A stretch of DNA of 34,642 bases from a virus, in IMG/VR virus record IMGVR_UViG_3300025892_000006, one strand, 5' to 3'. How positions within the stretch are numbered: position 1 is the stretch's first letter; each line of letters begins with the position of its first letter. The position numbers and the translations under genes are program-made. The notes below the pieces were generated by a model, which saw only the letters and a program-made list of their open reading frames with translations, did no database searches and was not told where the DNA came from. This document shows positions 30,826 to 34,642 of this stretch, in pieces.

Positions 30826-33417
30826 ATGGCTAAAAAAAATACCTGTTTAGTAAGATTACAAGGAATGCTAGACAAATCTTCTATTGGATTTGTTGAAAAA
30901 GACGAAATAATGAATGCAATTAAGCTTGCTCAATCAGAGTTAAAACTTAATAGTATTGATGAGATTAATGTAGATGCAGTTGCCAAAGATGTACAGTCAC
31001 AAATTATATTACAGAAAAAGATTAATAAACGAAATGCTATTGAAGATGAAATCAAAGGTAGAGAATTAGTTGATTATGTATTAAGAGAGTTTCCAGAAAA
31101 TCCAGATGAAGGTTTAACTGCTATATTAGTAGGTTCTAATGAACAAAAAACAGGAGCAAGAGCTTCAGTAGCAGTACAACAACATGCAGCAGTTAATCAA
31201 GCTATTAATGGTTTTGTAAAGAAGTTAGCTGATAATAATTTAGAAAATTTATTTGCTAAAGCTGATAAACCTACACAAAGAAGAATTGCAAGAACTATGT
31301 TTGAGTTAGGACAAAAGCCAACTAAAGCAGAAGCTGACACAGGGATTAAGCCTGTCATTACAGAAAAAAATCCTGAAATAATTAAACTTGCTACTATTAT
31401 GCACGAGTATTCTGAAATGATGAGGATTAAGCTAAATGATCGGGGTGCTAATATTGGTAAAATTTGGGGTTATGTAGTTAGGCAATCACATGATCCATAT
31501 TCAGTTAGAGCTGCTGCTAAAGTTTTAGGTGATACAACTACAGAAGCTGATCCTAGCATTGAAAGTAAGTGGGATAAAAATTACAATAGAAACTATAAAG
31601 CTTGGAAAAATTTTGTCATGGAAAGATTAGACCAAGAAAGAACATTTGCTTCAACACAAGATATTGATGAATTTATGATTGCAGCATACAATTCTCTTGT
31701 AAAAAATGACAATTTAAAATCTGATGGTGCTGAATTTGCATACAATGCAAAAGCAACAAAAGATATAGGTAAATCATCACAAATGAAAAGAATATTGCAT
31801 TTTAAAGACTCTGATGCTTGGTTTGATTACAATGAAAAATTTGGTATGGGTAATTTAAATGAGTCTTTCTTTTCAGGATTAACTTCTGTTGGTCGTAATT
31901 TAGGCATTATGGATACATTAGGCACAAAGCCAGAAATGAACTTTGAAAAAATTAGGAAAGCAGTTTCTTTGCGTTTAAATCAATCAGGGAGAGATGCTGG
32001 AGCAGTAGCAGAAAAAAAGTTTTACAAGTTTTTAGATGTGGTTACTGGCAGAATATACGAAACAGGAAGTTTTACTGGAGCAAAGTGGGGTGCAATTACT
32101 CGTGCCATTGCTAGTATGGCAAAGCTAGGTGGAGCTGTAGTTAGTGCAGCAGCGGATTTGGCTCAGTATGGCGGAGAAATGAGGTATCAAGGTAGATCCT
32201 TTTTTGGCGGCATGGGTGAAGCAATGGGGTCTTTAGCTAAAATAAAGAATAAAAAAGATAGAAAAGATATTGCTCAAATGCTAGGCATTATGTTTGACAA
32301 TAGTATCTATGATGTATCAGGTAGATTTCAAGTTGGCGATAGTATGTCTAAGGGATGGACTAAGGCTCAAAGAACATTTTTTAAATACAACTTACTTTCT
32401 TGGTGGACAAACAATTTAAAAGAGAGTGCTATGCTTGGCATGGCTAATTACTTTGCTAAACAAAAGAATATAAAATTTGATGATTTAAATCCTGGCTTAA
32501 AGACTTTATTTAAACAGTATGATATTAATTCTACAAGATGGAACATCATTAGAAATATTGCTATGGAAAAAGCTGATGATGGTACAGAGTTTATAAACAT
32601 TGCGTTACTAGATAAGATTACAGATAGCGAAGCCAAACTAATATCTGGACTAGATAATCCAAGTCCAAGAGAATTAAGAAACATTAAAGATAGTTTTAAA
32701 GCATCAGTATCTGGTATGTTATTAGATCGATCAACTTTTGCTGTAATTGAACCTGATGCTAGAGTTAAAGCAACATTAACAAGAAGCACTATTGCTGGAA
32801 CATGGGGCGGTGAGTCTTTAAGATTTTTTGCTCAATTTAAAGCATTTCCAGCATCTATCATAATGAAAACTTTATCTAGGGAAAAGTCTTTTTTTAAAGC
32901 TGGCAATAGTGTAAGAGCAATGGAAGGTATGGCATCAATTATAGTAATGTCTACTTTAATGGGTTATGTATCTATGACTGCTAAAGATATATTAAAAGGG
33001 AGAGAGCCAAGAGTCCCTGATGATTTAGAAACAGCTAAGAATATATTTTACGCGGCTTTCTTGCAAGGTGGTGGATTAGGTATATATGGCGATGTGTTGT
33101 TTCAAGAAACAAGATCAGGTGGCGACATTGCTGCTAATTTATTAGGGCCAGTACCTTTAAGTGTATTTGATTATCTGCAAGCAATAAAATACGCACTTAT
33201 TGATGGAGAACCTGGTAAGTCAGGTAAGCTGGCTTATAGAACTACTATAGCTAATATACCATTTTTAAATGTATTTTACACTAAAGCAGCGTTTGATTAT
33301 TTAATTGGACATAAGATGACAGAGTTTATGAGTCCTGGTGTATTAAAAAGAGTTGAGAAAAGAATGGAGAAAGATTATAACCAAGGGTTTATCTTTACTA
33401 AACCATCACAATTATAA
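30826..33417 (+). CDS. Large internal virion / ejection protein (863 aa)
   Basis: The largest ORF, in the position of T7 gp16. It has several hydrophobic segments. I recognise no transglycosylase motif. Confidence 0.65.
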   Translation: MAKKNTCLVRLQGMLDKSSIGFVEKDEIMNAIKLAQSELKLNSIDEINVDAVAKDVQSQIILQKKINKRNAIEDEIKGRELVDYVLREFPENPDEGLTAILVGSNEQKTGARASVAVQQHAAVNQAINGFVKKLADNNLENLFAKADKPTQRRIARTMFELGQKPTKAEADTGIKPVITEKNPEIIKLATIMHEYSEMMRIKLNDRGANIGKIWGYVVRQSHDPYSVRAAAKVLGDTTTEADPSIESKWDKNYNRNYKAWKNFVMERLDQERTFASTQDIDEFMIAAYNSLVKNDNLKSDGAEFAYNAKATKDIGKSSQMKRILHFKDSDAWFDYNEKFGMGNLNESFFSGLTSVGRNLGIMDTLGTKPEMNFEKIRKAVSLRLNQSGRDAGAVAEKKFYKFLDVVTGRIYETGSFTGAKWGAITRAIASMAKLGGAVVSAAADLAQYGGEMRYQGRSFFGGMGEAMGSLAKIKNKKDRKDIAQMLGIMFDNSIYDVSGRFQVGDSMSKGWTKAQRTFFKYNLLSWWTNNLKESAMLGMANYFAKQKNIKFDDLNPGLKTLFKQYDINSTRWNIIRNIAMEKADDGTEFINIALLDKITDSEAKLISGLDNPSPRELRNIKDSFKASVSGMLLDRSTFAVIEPDARVKATLTRSTIAGTWGGESLRFFAQFKAFPASIIMKTLSREKSFFKAGNSVRAMEGMASIIVMSTLMGYVSMTAKDILKGREPRVPDDLETAKNIFYAAFLQGGGLGIYGDVLFQETRSGGDIAANLLGPVPLSVFDYLQAIKYALIDGEPGKSGKLAYRTTIANIPFLNVFYTKAAFDYLIGHKMTEFMSPGVLKRVEKRMEKDYNQGFIFTKPSQL

Positions 33418-33489
33418 TTAATATAAGAGATATCATTTAGTAGAATTTAATAAATATTATAGGTAAAATAAAGCAGAGGATTATAAATT

Positions 33490-34642
33490 ATGGCAATTGA
33501 CATTTCAGCAACAACAAGGCGTATCGTCTATACTGGTTCAGCAGGTACAGGCCCGTATGCTTATGCCTTTAACATATTAGTTAATACTGATCTAGCCGTA
33601 TACTTTAATGATACAGAGCTAACACTAACGACTGATTATACAGTTGCTATTAGTGCTGATGGTACAGGTAGCGTAACTATTGTTGTAGGTGGTAGTGCAA
33701 GAGTTCCAAGCACACCAGATGCTGATGATCGAATAACTATTGTTGGTGATAGAACCATACAAAGGACTACTGACTTTACGACAGGTGGCCCACTCTTTGC
33801 TGCATCACTGAATGATGAGCTAGACAGTCTTACTATCTTTACCCAACAAAACCTAGAACAATCTAATCGATCACTTCGTGCGCCAAACACAGATCCTACT
33901 ACAGTCAACATGGAATTGCCTGACAATACAACACGAGCCAACAAAACATTAGCATTTGATTCTACAGGTAATCCTGTTATTGGTGAGCTGATTGGTGACT
34001 ATCGTGGTGATTGGGCAGCAAGTACAGCATACAACAAGCGTGACTTAGTAAAAGATACATCAACTAGCAACATATTCATGGCTAACACTGCTCATACATC
34101 GAGTGGTTCACAACCATTAACAACGAATACTGATGCAGCTAAATGGGATTTAATTGTAGATGCAGCTACGGCTGGAGCAAGTGCAACTGCTGCTGCGGCT
34201 AGTGCGACTGCTGCGGCTGCGAGTGAAACTGCTGCGGCATCAAGTGCTACTAGTGCTGCAACATCTGCGACTACAGCAACTACAAAAGCAGGAGAGGCTT
34301 CTACATCGGCAACTGGCGCAGCATCCTCTGCTACTTCAGCAACAAGCTCTGCAAGTACAGCAACAACTAAAGCATCAGAAGCAAGCACTTCTGCAACTGC
34401 CGCTGCCTCTAGCGCAACAGCAGCCGCTTCATCAGCAACTAGTGCGACTAGTTCAGCATCATCAGCTACCTCTTCAGCATCAACTGCGACAACAAAAGCA
34501 AGTGAGGCAAGTGCATCAGCATCAACTGCTACGACAAAAGCAAGTGAAGCATCTACTTCCGCCACTGCTGCTGCTACCTCTGCAACTGCTTCAGCTACAT
34601 CGGCTACCGCATCCGCTAGTTCAGCGACTGCATCTGCCGCAA
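33490..34642 (+). CDS. Tail fibre protein, N-terminal part (T7 gp17 N-terminal-like adaptor-binding domain). It runs off the window end and continues at 1..732.
   Basis: Hand translation from ATG 33490 shows no stop before the window end. IVYTGSAGTGPYAYAF....DLAVYFN...L....DYTV......I.IVGDRTIQRTTDFTTGGPLFAASLNDELD parallels the T7 fibre N-terminus. Absent from the track because the ORF is open-ended. Confidence 0.88.
   Translation, partial: MAIDISATTRRIVYTGSAGTGPYAYAFNILVNTDLAVYFNDTELTLTTDYTVAISADGTGSVTIVVGGSARVPSTPDADDRITIVGDRTIQRTTDFTTGGPLFAASLNDELDSLTIFTQQNLEQSNRSLRAPNTDPTTVNMELPDNTTRANKTLAFDSTGNPVIGELIGDYRGDWAASTAYNKRDLVKDTSTSNIFMANTAHTSSGSQPLTTNTDAAKWDLIVDAATAGASATAAAASATAAAASETAAASSATSAATSATTATTKAGEASTSATGAASSATSATSSASTATTKASEASTSATAAASSATAAASSATSATSSASSATSSASTATTKASEASASASTATTKASEASTSATAAATSATASATSATASASSATASAA
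34150..34642 (+). repeat. Ala/Ser/Thr-rich imperfect coding repeats in the fibre shaft (continue to about base 165)
   Basis: Four copies of the unit ATTKA(G/S)EAS(T/A)SA start near 34276, 34366, 34486 and 34528. GCN/TCN/ACN codon runs lie between them. Confidence 0.85.

Noticed and set aside
22883-33944. Antisense ORFs inside structural genes (22883..23086, 24855..25061, 25398..25715, 26184..26486, 26919..27242, 32448..32789, 33636..33944)
   Set aside because: Each lies wholly within a long + strand structural ORF. They lack RBSs and have low-complexity translations.
34092-34565. 157-aa Ala/Val-rich ORF on the - strand
   Set aside because: It is the antisense shadow of the GCN/TCN/ACN codon repeats of the fibre shaft. 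The + strand frame joins a recognisable fibre N-terminal domain to fibre C-terminal motifs.

Overview
The window is a complete, circularly closed dsDNA phage genome of podovirus type, AT-rich by eye. Bases 1-127 are identical to 34516-34642, so the unit length is 34,515 bp, and the tail-fibre gene reads in frame through that junction.

Layout:
- 33490 -> junction -> 3797 (+): a fibre with a T7 gp17-like N-terminus, then two tandem paralogous cassettes (tip protein, small protein, 76/77-aa protein), then a third putative receptor-binding protein.
- 3787-4945 (+): lysis cassette with three coupled micro-ORFs, a GTA-type 3TM holin and an M15 endolysin. A metallophosphoesterase follows.
- 6081-6152 (+): a stand-alone 23-codon PqqA-like peptide gene with its own RBS and terminator. 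It is absent from the ORF track.
- 12216 -> 6177 (-): early genes. These are a Cys-cluster protein, acidic proteins, a YqaJ-type exonuclease, Erf, an HTH protein, and a long C5-cytosine methyltransferase.
- 12217-13202: a 986-bp ORF-free control region holding 7 phased DnaA boxes and five 11-bp iterons.
- 13203-17617 (+): wHTH Rep-like protein, RHH protein, RusA, a small protein with an SSB-type DDLPF tail, TerS, a DUF3310-like protein and TerL.
- 17604-33417 (+): virion module. In order: small basic proteins, portal, scaffold, capsid, gp11-like and gp12-like tail tube proteins, and four internal/ejection proteins.

I recognise no DNA polymerase, primase, helicase, RNA polymerase, integrase, tRNA or CRISPR array. 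The architecture recalls marine HTVC010P-type podoviruses, but that is unverified recollection. All family names come from motif recognition by eye, not from searches.
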